Assembly: GCA_002633005.1 (NCBI GenBank)
Contig: NMRA01000163.1
Coordinates: forward strand, 94,071-158,070
Origin: Phoronis australis
Taxonomy: Eukaryota; Animalia; Phoronida
Direction: 5' to 3'
DNA length: 64,000 nt
Shown: positions 11,940 through 26,398 of the stretch, piece by piece
How positions within the stretch are numbered: the stretch's first letter is position 1
Layout of the letters: each line of letters begins with the position of its first letter
Made by a program: the position numbers and the translations under genes
The notes under the pieces: model-generated
The model's database searches: none
Told to the model about the DNA's origin: nothing
The model's input: only the letters and a program-made list of their open reading frames with translations

Positions 11940-12670
11940 TAAGCGGATGGCTCTAAACTGGAATGGCCAGACAAGTGCTGGAGTCTTTTTTTCCAATCCT
12001 TCCTGCTGCAGATGCAGAAAACTGGGTATCGCTAGGCAATCCTGCCACGGTGTTCCAGGCTGAGATCACTGCAATTAATTGAGCTGCTCAAAAGGCACGA
12101 CAATATAACACTGAGCTGGGCAATCAGCCAATTACCATCTTCTCAGATAGCCAAGCAGCAATAAAAGCCTTAAAGAAACCAAGGATCAACCCTCGCTTAG
12201 TTAATGCTGGTATTAATGAGCTTAACAAGCTTACAACTGAAAAAAACCGTCAATATACACTGGGTCAGGGCCCATGTGGGAATAGATGGCAATGATAATG
12301 CAGACATATTAGCAAAGATAGTAGCAAGCGTTCTACATTGTGTGCTTGAATATGATATCTCGGTATCTTACGGATACTGCAGGATGAGTGCACGCAACTG
12401 CGTACATACCCAGTCAGCAGCCCAGTGTACATCACTTAATTCCTGCAGAGAGTCTAAGGAGAATATTCCCAACGTGATCAAACCAAGAGCTTCAAAAAAC
12501 CTTCTGAGTCCAGATAAATTGGGCATAAGACACGTTATTTAAATTTTGACGGGCCACTGTAACCTAGCCCGACACCGTCACATTATTGGGGAGCCCAGTG
12601 TGTCTCGAGTGTGGTACTGACGTTGAAACCCCTAAACACCTGGTGGAGTCTTGCACTGTTACACGCCTAC
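11940..12670 (+). mobile_element. 3' fragment of an RNase H-bearing non-LTR retrotransposon (I/R1/LOA-like)
   Basis: DGSK, TVFQAEITAI, IFSDSQAAIKAL, IHWVRAHVGIDGNDNADILAK, ILTGH, and a CCHC tail CLECGTDVETPKHLVESC, with frameshifts. Confidence 0.85.
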
Positions 12671-12799
12671 AACATGTTTTAACATTTATTGCAATAATAA
12701 TAACACAGAACAGTACAATACCAGAAATCTCCAATGACACATCACACCCACACACACGCCCACATTTCACTGAGATCTCAATTTCACAGACTAAAAACA

Positions 12800-14670
12800 C
12801 CATATGTACTTTTCTCATCTGTAGTTTCTTTTTAAAGTGGAAAAAACAGACCATCTTTAGAGAAATATGTCTCCTAATCCGTTTTTACAATGATTATATT
12901 TTCCGAATGTGAAATAAATTTCGTATTCTTTTTTGTAAAGTGTTATAGATGGAGGCTCTACTTTCAGCTTTTTACAGTATATATGCTTTTTGGCCAAAAG
13001 AATGATAAGATTTAACAATTCTTTCGCTTTTCCAATTTTACCAAATATAAGTCTGAAAATCTGTCGATATATCGACATTTTTGCGTGAATATAATAATCA
13101 GCTATTCTTTTCCAAAAAGACTTAACAAAAGTGCAACCTCAAAATAAATGTTCTAAACTTTCAGGTTCATTCCTACAAAAGGTACATCTGTCAGATGGAG
13201 AAATACCAATTCGCATCAAAAATTGTTTGTTGCTAGAATCCTATGAACAATGCTCATTTGAAACCATCTGAATATAACATTTGAAGCACAAAAAACAGAA
13301 GTTTGAAAACATAACTTCCATTCGGTCATTGACCTTGCAATATCACAAGTATTTTCCCATTTTTCTAGTCCTTTTAGTTTCTGAAACAAAGTTGTCAGAA
13401 AAATATATATATCGCGAGTACCTTTCGAATTTTTCGCCAAAATCTGCCAGAGTTGTGGGATAACTGGTTGAGACACTTTTGCACTTGAAAACGATATACT
13501 TTTGAAAGTTAATTTGAAGCATTTCTCAGTCTGCAATAAAAGGTAAACAAGGTTTAAAACCAAATTTGTTTGCAAAACTATTGTATGACAAGATTTATCC
13601 GTTTTCGTCAAAAAATCACCCAAGAATCTTACACCCTTTTTATTACAAGTAGGGTAAAATATTGGTTTTCCTCCAATCAGAACCTTTGTGTTATGCCATG
13701 AAGGAAGGGACAGTATCCTGTCATATTCTTTGACGTCGTTTAATATCAAACCAAACTCAAATGTTGAAACAAACACATAATTCCAAACAGGATTCCGGGT
13801 GGACTGGGATACTATTTTAAATAAATAGTTTCCTCCATTGAACATTTTATCAATGTAAAATTGACTTTAATTCCGCAAAATATCTATCCACGCTAAAGTA
13901 TTTCGTCCATTTATAATCTTTTTTAACCATGTTACTTTATGAGCTTTGATAAATGAAACTAAATGAACCATGTTGAGACCACAATTTTATACACTGTAAT
14001 TCTGAACCTTTTTCTTCTTGAAATTTTATCTTTTTTGTTACTCCAAATAAACTGAAAAAACATTTTTTCCAGTTGTTTGATAAAATCGTCCTTCCGTGAT
14101 GGGAGACTTAAGAAGAGGTGTGTAAGTTTGGCAATACTAACGATTTCACCGCACAAACTTTTCCCTGAACACTGAGGTATCTTCTGGACCAAGACCGTAA
14201 GATATTCTGAATATCAATAAGTTTTGCATTAAAGTTCAAACCAATCACGTCGTCTAGATTTACACTACATTTAATCCCCAAAGTTGAAAATTGTGTTTCT
14301 GACCATTACAAAGTTTTTGCAAAATCAGGTATCCAGGTATCATACTTCCTGGTTCCAATCCATATACACTCAATATTAGGTTTGACCTGAATATTTAGCA
14401 AATTGGTCCAGAAGATCCAGAGCCTTTTTAAGAGACTTTTCTGAACCATCTGTTACAATTGTTGTTTCATCGGCATACTGTAGAATTTTTACCTCTCTAG
14501 TTCCACAAATAATTCCCTTTACTTCATTATTATACATGTATCTCAAAATGTAGCCCAGTATTTCAGAGCAAAGCACAAACAAGTAAGGCGATATTGGGTC
14601 CCCTTGTTTGCACCCTCCTCAACTCTGAAAAAGTCAGAGGCAACGTCATTTTGAATGACGCAAAGCTATG
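12800..14670 (-). mobile_element. 5'-truncated L1/Tx1-clade LINE (RT and C-terminal zinc finger), decayed
   Basis: GCKQGDPISPYLFVLCSEIL, ILQYADETTI, FFQFIWSNKKDKI, WFQMSIVHRILATN, CTFCRNEPESLEHL, LNLIILLAKKHIYCKK. Confidence 0.9.
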
Positions 14671-15069
14671 AGTTTTCATTTATCGTGCCTACAACATATA
14701 CTGCATGACAACAAATGAAAACGTCTATCCGTTTTCTTAAAGGAGACGGACAGACTTGAAAACTTCCTTCACGAAGAACCATAATGGGACTCTCGTGCTT
14801 TAGCTCAGGTGTTTTGTGCAATGAGCCCAACCATGAGACCTGTGCATGTTTGATGCACCGCAAAGGACACCAGGCCACCTGCTCTGTTTTTTATCATCTA
14901 CGTGGTTGTAAGCTGTAGATCTCCTTTAAGACCCTTCAATCTAAATAAATGAAGCTAATTTTCGATCATATGTTAGACTTATGCGTTTTACCAAAAAATG
15001 GCATTTCCAACACTTATCCTCCGAAGTTTATGTACACTAATCGACAACATTTTTAGCAAGGTCTCTGCG

Positions 15070-17300
15070 TTGGCTCAGTCCTCAAATAGTGGCATATTAT
15101 TTAGCAATAATTCTGATCATTGCCCTACATTCACATCTCTCAGTTTACATACGAAAATGCCAAAAAGCTAAATACATTACCATTAAAACTTGCACACCTC
15201 AGTCCGAGGTAAATTTTAGAAATTATGTACAGTCTACGAACTTCGAGCATCTTTTATACTGTGATCGATATTGTGACCACAACCATAATTTTATTACCTT
15301 TATTAACATATTAACTTCACTGCGAGATAAATACTTTCCAAAAAACTGTTAAGACCAACAAATATAGATACAAAACAAGTAAATGGATGACGCAAGGTTT
15401 CCTCCTCTCAATAAAATTTAGAGACAAGCTTTACAACAAATTCAAATGAAAACCTTTCACTTTGCCTGTTCATTCGGTTTATGAACACAAGCTACAAGCT
15501 TATATTAAAATCCCCAAATCTGTCATAAAGTAAAGCAAAGCTTTATGAACAAGAATGTCGCAAAACCAACAACGACATAAAGAAAACGTAGGAAACAATT
15601 ATGTCTGTAATAGACAAAGGAACCTATATTCCCAAAATTTATAAATATCAATAACACAATTACAAATCAAAAGGAACTTGTGGAAAATTATAATCACTTT
15701 TTCGTTAACATAGGAAAATTCAGCCCACAGTCAATGCATGCGTTTGATGAATTCTCTAACTATTTTTCAAGTCTTCCAAAAACACTTTAAAATTCAATCA
15801 GGTATCTGAAAATATTGTTTTGAAATATTTTCGAAATCTCAAGTCTAATTCTGCTTTCGGTTTTGATGGACTGTCAAACATTTTCTTTTCTTCACAGAGT
15901 CACTATTAAAACGTTTGACCCTTAGGTGAACCAATCTTTGCACACAGGTATTTTCCCGGCAAATTGAAAATAAAGAAGTTATTCCAATTTTTAAAGAAAA
16001 TGATCTTGAACCCAATACTCTAAAAATATCATCCTATACATGTATCAGACCTTCCATCTATCTCCAAACTTTTTGGAAATATCGTTTACACGGAAATTTA
16101 AACATACTCCATACAACAAAATTTCTTATACACTGCTCAGTATGGATTTCGGACCAATTGCTTGACTGAACAAGAATCCCTTGAGCCGATCAAAAGAATC
16201 TTATGATTATCTTGATAATAACTTCACTGCAATAAATATATTTATGGACTTTTCAAAGGTATCTGGCATAATAGACGATATTGATTTACTACCAAAATTA
16301 ACAAAATATGCAATCCTAGACACAGAACGTAACTGGTTTTCTAGTTAACTACACAATAGGTCACAATATATCGCATACATTAACATTTCATCGTCATTAT
16401 CAAACATCTCTACGGGGGGGGGCTCCCCAAGACTCAATATTAGGCTCACCGTTATTCATAATTTACATTTTACACTCTGTTACTCCAATTACTGTCCTCT
16501 TGTACGTTGTGCACTGATGACACCTGTCTACTTATTTCTATAATTCCGAACTCCTCGACAGACACCACCAACAGCGCCGATTCCATTAACAATCGATTAT
16601 AAACAATTATCTATTGCTTTCAACAAATAAGCTTTCTTTAAGCGCCTCACAAACGACATGCATGCCGTTTTGCTTCAAGCAGAATAGAATACATTGTAAA
16701 TATTAAACCAGTCCCCAATATTAAAATAAATAACACTTCCAAACCTCTAGGAATACACATTAACAATAATCTTATTAAGTGAATTGTGCACGTTATGTAA
16801 ACCGCAAAGCAATTTCTAAAGTATTATCTTAACTCAAACACTATTTTTCCACTCACACTTTTCAATTAATGTCAAACTCTCTCATTCTATCTCGATGTCA
16901 CAAAAATCTATACGAAATGTCAACAAATCTCTGTTTCTTAGCAACACTCGCCCAGTTTGTAAAAGTCTACAAATATTACCTATTGCTCATATATTTACAT
17001 TATCTTGTTCAAAGTTTTACTACAAATGTAAAAACAAAATTCTCCCTAGACACGTTCACGACATAGTACAAGAATGTCGGCCACTTCGAGAAAACATGCG
17101 TAGAACGTTACCACCATAATTTCCGACTATATACCCACGTATACTATGACTCCAACGAAAAAACCTCAACGCAAAGCAGATTGTGTTAACAATTGCAATA
17201 TCTTTTGAACCATTGCAGTTTTCCAGAAAGTGTTATTTTTTCCTACCTTAAAAAGTGCATGTATACTGTGAGCATTTATGATGAAAACCGTTGCAGTGCA
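15070..17300 (+). mobile_element. Decayed CR1/L2-group LINE (end of endonuclease plus RT)
   Basis: SDHCP, KWMTQG, QYGFR, IFMDFSK, a G-PQDSILGSPLFIIYI-like motif and a DDT motif, with many stops and frameshifts. Confidence 0.8.
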
Positions 17301-18040
17301 CAAAAGAAATTGTACAACAGAGCTATCTCGTGGAAGATTCTAAAGAGGATGTTAGCTAGGCCACGGGTTAACGAACAAGAAGTTAACTATGAGCTTGTCA
17401 CTTGAATCGTCTGCAGCGTCAAGTGTTGCATCACGAGAGATTGTGACCAGCAAGAGGTATCATGGGTAGCAAGATACTGCGTGCAAGTTTTGCGTCACGA
17501 AGGATTGCAACCAGCAAGTACAGTGCCGCAGCACAGAGTGTGTTAGTTCGAGGATCGACTAAAAGGACTGTCATCCGGATGTCGAATCCGATAGCTTTGA
17601 TATCAGATTACACGTTTGAAATTTATTGTTAATTGACTGAATTTATTGGATTTAACCATTCTCTCTCCAACCAAGTTATTTTTAGAAATGCCATTGCTTG
17701 AGAGAACGCTTGTTATCTGTCCAGCTGGTTTTCGGATGTAGCGCAGCTTAGAAAATTCTAAAAAAGTTACTAAGCTACTTTGAAATTTGAACACACATCT
17801 TAGCCGAGTATCGCTTACTTCTCTCCGAGCCAGTTCTAAATGTCGTCTTGTTTTTTACGCTGGCATTTTCCTCCGCGATAATTCTACGTTTCAAACATTC
17901 ACTGACGCCTTACTATGCGAGGCTACCTAATTTTATAAGCACCTCCTCGTGATGGTCACGTGACACAACTCATTTCTCTGACTCCGGCAAGTGTGCAAAA
18001 AAGCCCATTAATTGATCCAGTTTCATAAAGTTTGCGTAAG

Positions 18041-18174
18041 CAGTGGCGGTTTTAAGGGTGGGGACAAGGGGGCCATGTACCCCCCTAATTTTCTCGGCAG
18101 ATTCCATTTGGCAGCTCGGGGGTACGAATGTCTGCCCTGGCCCCCCCTATCTCAAAATCCTGGATACGCCCCTG
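18041..18174. mobile_element. Short hAT-like MITE
   Basis: CAGTGGCGG...TACGCCCCTG termini with internal G/C-run inverted repeats. Confidence 0.6.
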
Positions 18175-19210
18175 GTAGATATCAAGGCAAACACATAAAA
18201 TAAAATAGCCAACAGGTGACACCGCAGTCGTCGGATATGTCCAAAAATCACGTTACTTGTACTCTCTTCATTAAATTCAGATTTTATTAAGATCCACCAA
18301 GGAAGTCGGTAGAGATTGAGCACCGAGGAAAAATGAAATTGCCAGTAGAGGTCGTCAAAGCAGTCAAATCTGTCCGAAAACTGTCATCAGCCATGCACTT
18401 TCGAGAAGAAACACGTACACATATCGAAATTTTCCTGATCCTTAAAATGGTTTTACCGATAGGAAGGACGTCACGCCAAAAACCAAAATCGATAAGAATA
18501 ACTGAAATAGGTACTTGGTGGTGTACAATAGATAAAATCTACCTCTAAAAAGAAAAAATATGTGGTCTTTAATGGAAACCATTTCTCAAACTTTATGAAA
18601 ACCCGTCAAAGAACTCCAAAGACCCGAGGCTGCGTTACCATCCGAATAGATTTTTTTTAGTTTTTATTTTTCTAGCTGGGCAATTTGTATACAGCTGTTT
18701 TTCAGGTACATGTATAAAAAGAAAGGGATCACCACCGCTTTTAAGGCCCTTCTCTGGTTCATTTAATAGGAACCTACACAAGCTTAAAACTGGTGCTTAT
18801 TTTTGTCTCGTGCTACGATAAATCTGTTACAAAATGAGTTTGTTCAAGTACTTTCAAACATCACGAAACCCAAAAAATTATTAATGTTGCAGCTAAAACA
18901 AAAACACACATACGCTCTGATAAATGCTGAATGTGACATTTCTCAATCAGTAGATCCCAAACTCCAAGTCTGTCAACAGTCATTCCAAATAATAATTTGG
19001 CTTAATCTGAGGGACTACTAAACTAATCTTTTCCCACTTTGACATTTAACATTCACATGACAAAAGGAGACCTTTAAAGAACTAGCAATGACATTTCCTT
19101 GGAAAGTATATCAAACGTAGACGGTAAAAATGGACTCGGTGTGCATATTACTGCGTCCATTTGAGGTACTACACACGAAAGCCTACATTACTCAAACCTT
19201 AAAGTCCTAC

Positions 19211-19486
19211 CTTCATTCCTCGTACATTATCCCCCGGTGGAGTTGTCAGGTGCACACTGTGACATTGTTGACAGTGCTTTGTCTTCTTGTCGTAAATAAA
19301 GGAAACGCACTTTTTTTCGTTATTACATAACTGGGAACACTCCGTAGACGATCTCACTAGCTGTTGGTAAGTTCCAGAACAAGTTGTCACAGACGTTGTT
19401 TCTTGAGCGTACTGTACAAAAACATTGCCCGCAACTGAGACAATACAGAATATCAACAACATCCCTACATTCCCGTTGACAGACAT
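19211..19486 (-). CDS. PAN-FReD gene copy A, exon 1 (signal peptide + PAN/Apple-like domain, 92 aa)
   Basis: Hydrophobic leader MSVNGNVGMLLIFCIVSVAG; C...ECSQLC...CVSFIY...CQQC pattern; phase-0 donor AAG|gtagga; close paralog of 33589-33864. Confidence 0.85.
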
Positions 19487-20559
19487 TTCTCTTTAGCAAT
19501 GTAGCAGTCTAATCAAGTCTGAGTGTAATACTGGAATTAAAATTAGCGACGCTGCGTCCGCATCTCACGGGCTTCAGCTTGGCTTGTGACGTTATCGTTA
19601 TTCTGGTCAATATTGGTGGCGTTTTGGCAAAACGGCGCGGCATTGACGTCAGTACACCATCCCATACGTGTGTGTGACAAATCGAATCGTAAATCGCCTC
19701 TTTTATTTAAAGAGGGACTCTTAATGCGCTCATGGAGAGCAATCCTTTACACCCCTTTTGAACCACTCTTCCTCACAGTCTAAGGATACACTGTAGTAAC
19801 ATCATCCGAATTGAAATCATGTTCAGTAGCGCACATGTGGCTAAAAATAGTGGACCCAATACAAATTTTCTCTCCCGGCAGCAGTACATAATTGGACATT
19901 GATATAGCAGCTATTGATTTTGGGTTTTAATTAAATGCGTACTATATTGCTGCGGTCGCGCTAGCCGCTCGCCAGTTCGCCATTGGCGAATTCTGAGCGG
20001 CACTGGCCATTGCTGAGCGAACTCCATTCGCCAACTTGGCAGTCACTCCCCCTGAAATCACTCTTAGCTGCAACGAAATGTTCAACGTTCACATAACGCT
20101 AGTGCTCTGATATCTGTGGTCTTTCAGGTTGTGTCACTGAGGATCAATACCAGTGCAAGGCAAGGGGGATCTCCCAAAATGTAACCTAGTCGCAAGTTGG
20201 GTATATTGGCATTGAATGTGTGTGCATGTGTTTTTTGTGTCCGTGATAATTGTTGGTAGCTTCTGATTTTGAAATCTCAATTCGCTAAAAGATCAACAAT
20301 TTGCAAGTTTCACTTGCCTGCTTCTCAAAATTAGGAATCACCAATGTGACTATTGAATTGGCTCAGATAACTTTTTCGTGATTTAGTTTTGACTAGCTAA
20401 ATTTGACCGATTTCTCAGGTTTTTGTGGTGGATCCAGATTATTGAATGCGAAAGGAGATCCCGCTGTTAGTACCCAAAATGGAATACCTCGGAATAGGTC
20501 ACAGTGTACCCAGTCAACATGTTAGCTCTTGTTACGTACACTAACACTTGCGTAACTTC

Positions 20560-21200
20560 GATCTAATTGAACCGAATTATTCAACACAAACTGGGTACAT
20601 GATTTCGATTTTTTACCAGGCTGTGGAATACTAGTATGTGGCAGACGTTTGTGATATTCAGACTTAAAAAATTCAGATTCAATGCAAGTCCGACCGGTTT
20701 TATTAAAATCAAAGCACTCAGTGTCCTGGGGAAAGTGATAGTTAATCTGGCTGCAATTTGACCGAGGTGAAAGTTGAGTTGAATACACTGTATGGACTAG
20801 TGACTGGAATGACCTCCCCATATTGGGCGGGACATGTTCCTTTACCCTCAAGAAACTTGCTAAGAACCTCAATCTAATATCTTTGAAAAAGTCAGCCAAT
20901 GAACTGATTGATCTGAGTAAAGAAAATAATAATTTTTATTTTTACTGTAAACCATTATGGTTACGTAATACCCCTTATAAAGTCCATGCCAATATCTTTA
21001 CATGGATAACTTTCCCTGTAAATGAGTTACGTCTGTATTCTTATGAAGCTATAACATACTGTTATGTTTGCTAATAGCTCCTCATTTTTCAGGTCTCTAT
21101 TAGCTATTGGCGGATTACTTGGAAGAACTGGACATCCAAATATGCGCATCGAAACACTCACCACAGTGGTGGTATTGGGCAGTCTACACCCACATTGCAC
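20560..21200 (-). mobile_element. Possible decayed DIRS/Ngaro-like gag remnant
   Basis: CFDFNKTGRTC...YHK...PGKKSKSC resembles the gag C-terminal Cys/His motif. Weak. Confidence 0.25.
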
Positions 21201-21392
21201 GTAGAGCTTCACGTGCTTCATTGTTTTGTTAAAAATAGTGCTGCTAACAAGGTTTGAATTTGATGAAAAACGTCCTTGGTTTAACCTACATGTATGTGCT
21301 TATGAGCTTTAACAAGCTCAAAGATTCTTGTAGCCATTGTCCAAGCCAATGTAAAGCTTCTTGGTTCTCAGCTCTAAGTTTCAACATGTATA

Positions 21393-22465
21393 CAGTGGCG
21401 GATCTAGGATATCACAATTGGGGGGGCAACATTTTGTCCGGCTGTAAGCATTTGCGCAAACCACGATTGTAGATGCGCATAGCACAGAATGGGGGGAGGT
21501 CGGGAAGGGGGTTTGCCTCCCGGCTCCCGCCCAGAAATTTTTCCTGTTTTTTCCTCTAAAAATCAAGCATTTTCTTTGATTCCTGAAGTATTATCCAAGA
21601 AAAAAAGGCAAAAGAAAACACGGTTAACGTGTCAAACAGAAAAAGCTACACTACCACGGAGAACGTGTCAAACAGGAAAAGCTGCAAGTACCACGAAGAA
21701 CGTGTCAAAGAGGAAAAGCTGCAAGTACCACACGTCCTGACTGAAAAAAGCGCGCGTGCTTTGCCACTACACCACCACGATTTATCTACTAATCTTTTAC
21801 TAAGAGACCTACTTGTTTATGGTCCACAACGTTTGCGCGCGAAACCTACTTCTTTTTGTAATGCTTATTACACGTTTTATATTTTGTGCAATCGGTTCTT
21901 AACAAATTTGTTGTATTTGAAATAATCTTCAAATGCCCAAAAGACCAAATCTGTTTTTCGTGTTGGCAATAATGACGGGATTGCTTTGGAAATCCTCTTA
22001 AGTTAAGGTTTGACAAAGAGAGAATGATGAGTTTCTGAGTGATTCACTAAGGCTTCGATTAAAATTCACATCTTACCAGCAGCTTCTGTTTTTTCATCGT
22101 CACTCAGGTTCCATTTTCTTTAAAAAATGAAGTAAATTTTCTTCATTGCACAGTGGAGCAGACGACTGAAACGGAGTCGTAGTGCGCAGCGCCACTGCCG
22201 GTCGCCTGGGATATCGCTGGAGAGCCTATACTTAGCCATAGTTCCGTTACGAATTCGCCGTGTTCAGAATTTGACACTTGAAATTGGATCTGAGCCCCCT
22301 CTCCCCTGACACTAAAACTGCACACATTTAAATCTTGTTTTATCCGTATAATTTTAATTACCGGGGTTAATAAACTAAACGTTTCTCTACGCTGTTGTTG
22401 TTTTATGTTTTTGCGGCAGCCAAGGGGGGAGGGGTGGGCGGGTCCCCTGCCCCCCTTGGCCTATG
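21393..22465 (+). mobile_element. Non-autonomous hAT-like element, copy 1 (right TIR partly deleted)
   Basis: Starts CAGTGGCGGATCTAG; near-full-length inverted match to 29844-30839; internal ~37-bp unit present three times (about 21627-21735). Confidence 0.85.
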
Positions 22466-24302
22466 ACGCAAACGTAGGCTTGTGAGATTGAAGTTTCAGT
22501 TCTTTCCCTGGTTGTGCCTGTTGAATCTCCAAGTAACATTAGTGAGGGGACATTTCAGGGCTGTGCTCGATACTGCCAGTTAGAAAAACGTCTAGCGCTG
22601 CCTATTATGTAGAGTTGTACATTGTCTTAACAGACTAACCACGTAAACAAAGAAAAGTTTTTTAAAAATAATGGGAATTGAAGTTTATCGCAGTTGCCAA
22701 CAGTTTCATCACCTAAGCATTATATCCCTTACCACTTGAAATCAAAAGTTACAAAATATGATATGTGGTTGAAGCCCAACTTTTATTAACACTATAAGGT
22801 TTGTTATGTTCATGGTTTCCTCTAGCTTGTGATTGGATAGTAGGTTACCAGGTGCATATTTTGTACTAAAGTGTGTAGAATAAATAGCTTAGTAGTGAAT
22901 CCACTGTTAAAACTCCATTCAAAACAACTCGACAACTGACCCATTGCAGCGTATTCTTGACGTGAACTTGCACACTTGTACTTGAATCGTGGAGAGTGAT
23001 TTGTTGAGTTTTAAATCTGAGTAAAAGACTTCTGTTTCTAGGGTCTGTATATACGTCAGTAAGTGCAAACGAGTTATGCAGATTTATGTTGTATAAACAG
23101 TACAAGAAGTTATTTTGTCTTATACTGATAGCGATTACGGCTTCTGTTATTAAATTTCGGTGTCTTTTAATGCATAGTGTGACTTTAACTATCGTTGGCT
23201 AAGGAAGCGCGCGGCTACCCAGACAACACAATGTACGCGCCAATGTTGTTGAAGACGGGTACCATTTCCTTCTAAGCTGTGATAAATATTCTGAATTGAG
23301 AGCAGATTATATTGAAGTGTACGACTGGAACTTTCCGTCTTTTTTCAAGTTCAATAGATTAATGTCAACAAATGATGATGCTAATTCAGTTACCTTATGT
23401 AAATATGTATTTTATGCTCAAAGTAATTATTGAATTTTAATAATTATTAAAGTTCAATAGTTGCTTTTCCGCAACATGGAAATATGACGAAACAATCAAT
23501 CAGAAATGTCGCCAAGATCTAAGGAGGCATACAGCATGTAGACTTATGTACCGCGTATCACAGGACTACACGACAGTTGGCGCAATCGCAAAAACGCAAG
23601 ATCACAAAGTCCTGGTGAGATAACGCACTGCATTACAACTAAAGCAAGTGATCACAATAGCTTCACTGGAGTGATTCCCGCGTTCACCGAGCTCAACCGT
23701 TGTTTCCTGCTTTTCCAGCTACGAAAAACAGCGGACTGAATTGAATTTGTCGTACGATTCCGTTTTTGACTTCGACTTGACCGGGAACTTGGCTCATGCA
23801 GCTGGGCAAAAAAAGCACGTGTTCACCGTCTGAAAAAAGGTGTGCCAGTACAGTTTTCCTACCTCTCAAGGTGCATCAGGATCGTCCTGTAATGGACCAA
23901 TAACCTAAAACGGCATGCGGTACACGCGGTAAAAACGTCTATTTGTTACCGAGTGTCGGTGAAAACGTGTTTAATAGATAAATCCCAAGGCAGAGTCAGT
24001 TTCTATAATATGTTGTACCAAGCGATAAATTGGGACGCCAATTTAGAACAACTGTAAACTTACTATTTAGACTCAGATAGTGGGCATTTCGGTTTGGCCA
24101 CGGTGTTTTGCCACATAATATTTTATCACATTTAGTTATTTCATTCCTTTAATCCAATTAATCGTCACGTTTTCTGAGTTTTAACTTATTATTATTGTAC
24201 CTATGCCATTGCGGACTTTTAGTGCGGTGAACAACAAACTAATTCGAGTTCGTTAAATGTTTGCCCCCGTGGTTCCAAATTTCAGGCTCCCCCTTTCTTA
24301 TT

Positions 24303-24431
24303 ACCACCGCTTCAGACACCTCGCCATTTCCACACCACCGCCGTAGAAGGGCGGAGTTTGCTGATATGGGTTAGGACCACCGCCTCAGACACCTCGCCAT
24401 TTCCACACCACTGCCGTAGAAGGCAGAGTTT
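24303..24431. repeat. Two-copy tandem duplication, period about 73 bp
   Basis: ACCACCGCYTCAGACACCTCGCCATTTCCACACCACYGCCGTAGAAGG occurs twice. Confidence 0.85.
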
Positions 24432-24989
24432 CTAATTTGTGTTACATGTATGACTGACAAACTCCAGAGAGAGGCTGCCACTAAAGGTTGTGCGCTTTCA
24501 CACAAACAGGAAATAAAATGACTACATCGATGGGCCCCATCCTCCGTGAGCTGAATCTTCAGAAGAATGGGGGACATGGATGCTATCAACGGCTACCCTT
24601 CAAACTGGGGACATTTATATCTATGGAAAGATATGTGACTTGAAAAATCAGAAGTGAGCAACAAATTGTGGCTTTCCAAACTTAGAAGAAAAGTAGGAGA
24701 AAGTCGTCATCTTGTTGCATAAAACCATTTAAGAGAACATTGCATGTACATATAGACAACCAGAGTGAGATCTCACAAACGAATTCCGGCTGTGAGGTAC
24801 CACGTAGGTTAACACTTTGACGCCGAGGGAAGTAGCACGGAAACCGAACTTGTTTCTTACATCGCGAAATGTAGTGTAACTAACGATGATATCACCAGCC
24901 TCCCTGTCCGCCAGGTTTGCAACTTTTTCATGAGATATACATTTTCAAATAACTGTCGAATAAAAAGAGAAACAAATGGGTCTAGCTAG

Positions 24990-25058
24990 TATTTATTTAT
25001 TTATTTATTAATGTAATATTTACAATGAGGGTAGCCCCATCAGTTCACACTGCTTTCT
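24990..25058 (-). mobile_element. 3' tail of a CR1/L2-type LINE or SINE (second copy at about 53783-53836)
   Basis: (TTTA)n followed by TAGCCCCATCAGTTCWCACTGCTTTC at both sites. Confidence 0.55.
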
Positions 25059-25793
25059 AGCTAGTATCACTTGGACAAACACAGTGTCTCCTTGAATTAA
25101 ATAAGCTGAATCAATTTCTCTTGACAATTTGCGCATCATAAATTTTTTAACAATTTTCTGAAGTTTGAATAGTTAAGATCACGTTTCCAAGGACATTCAG
25201 ATAATCTATACAGAAAAAAACTGGGAACAATGACCGCGCCTTCCAAGAATACACACAACACTTAGCTGAAAAATGTTCTCCTAAGCCTCATTTCTTCTGC
25301 ATCTCTTTGTGTATGCCCACCTGGACTCGGCCCCACGCCTATGCCGGTTGCCAAGGTATCGTCCTGTCTCCCTGACGACAGAAAATTATTAGGATGCAAA
25401 CGCCCCTGCTTCTTGCGGCACTACATTAGGAGTGACCCGTAACGTTGACACCTGAAAATTGTTCACAGTAAAGAGTAATTAATGTAATTAATTAAATAAG
25501 TTTATTGTCACTTGTACATGTAGAAATGCAGCGAATATTGCGAATATTGTTTGTTTTCAAAAGCCCGTTGTTCCAGCATAGAGTCATATTAAAGTTTGCA
25601 TGAGACCCTTCTTGCTTACGTACAATGTTTCTAGGTTCTGTAACCAAAACAATGAAAATGTTTTACTTCAGTTTATCCGCAAGATGTACATCTACTGTAT
25701 CTGTCCTTTTTGGTATGGAATTCGTCGTTTCCCAGAGGTCCTTGCATTGGTAAGCCTATACATGTACTAGCCACTGCAGCAACGTGGTAATAG

Positions 25794-26398
25794 TTAATTC
25801 TTTCTTATTCTCATCACAGATTTTTTAAGTAAAATTGTCTCCGTGTCTGTATAATATTTCATGCAGTGATGAAGGTTCGATTTTGGGCAATTCCCGCTAT
25901 GAGGATAATAGTAGTTGATCCCAACCCACGCACATCCCTTATGCCACCATCCACCTGATTTCTCCTTTGCGCAGTTTCCACTGCTCCATTCATCGTTGTC
26001 TCTGTCTTTGGTTGTAAAAGGCCGACCATTGATTTGCTCCATTGATGAACCAGCCATCGTTACGTTAGCTGTTGAGATATTTATTCTGTATTGATCTGAC
26101 TCATCTGCTATGAAGAACATTTCGTGATCACGCGTTAGAACTACGCCATCCCACCTAGTCATGTTATACTGTAACTTGTACTGTCCTTGTCCAGTGATGC
26201 AGTGAATGTTGTCATTGCCGAGCCACATCTCTTCATTCAAAACACCAAATCCTTCCTTGTAGTCGGTCCATGGTCGATTGAAGCTGAGACTCCCGTTGAA
26301 TCTTTGCTGAATGATCGTCCACCCGTCTTGGCAGTAAACGTGGAATTCTGTGTGACAGTGTTTCGGACGAATTAGCAGAAACCCCGTGAAGTCAGGAG
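25794..26398 (-). CDS. PAN-FReD gene copy B, exon 3 (fibrinogen C-terminal domain)
   Basis: Phase-1 acceptor ttttaag|CT. Reads VYCQDGWTIIQQRFNGSLSFNRPWTDYKEGFG...EMWLGNDNIH...FTTKDRDND...NCAKEKSGGWWHKGC to a TAA stop, open throughout. Confidence 0.95.

Noticed and set aside
21627-21735. About 37-bp repeats resembling a CRISPR array (also the 24303-24431 pair)
   Set aside because: No unique spacers, no cas genes, eukaryotic context; ordinary tandem duplications.
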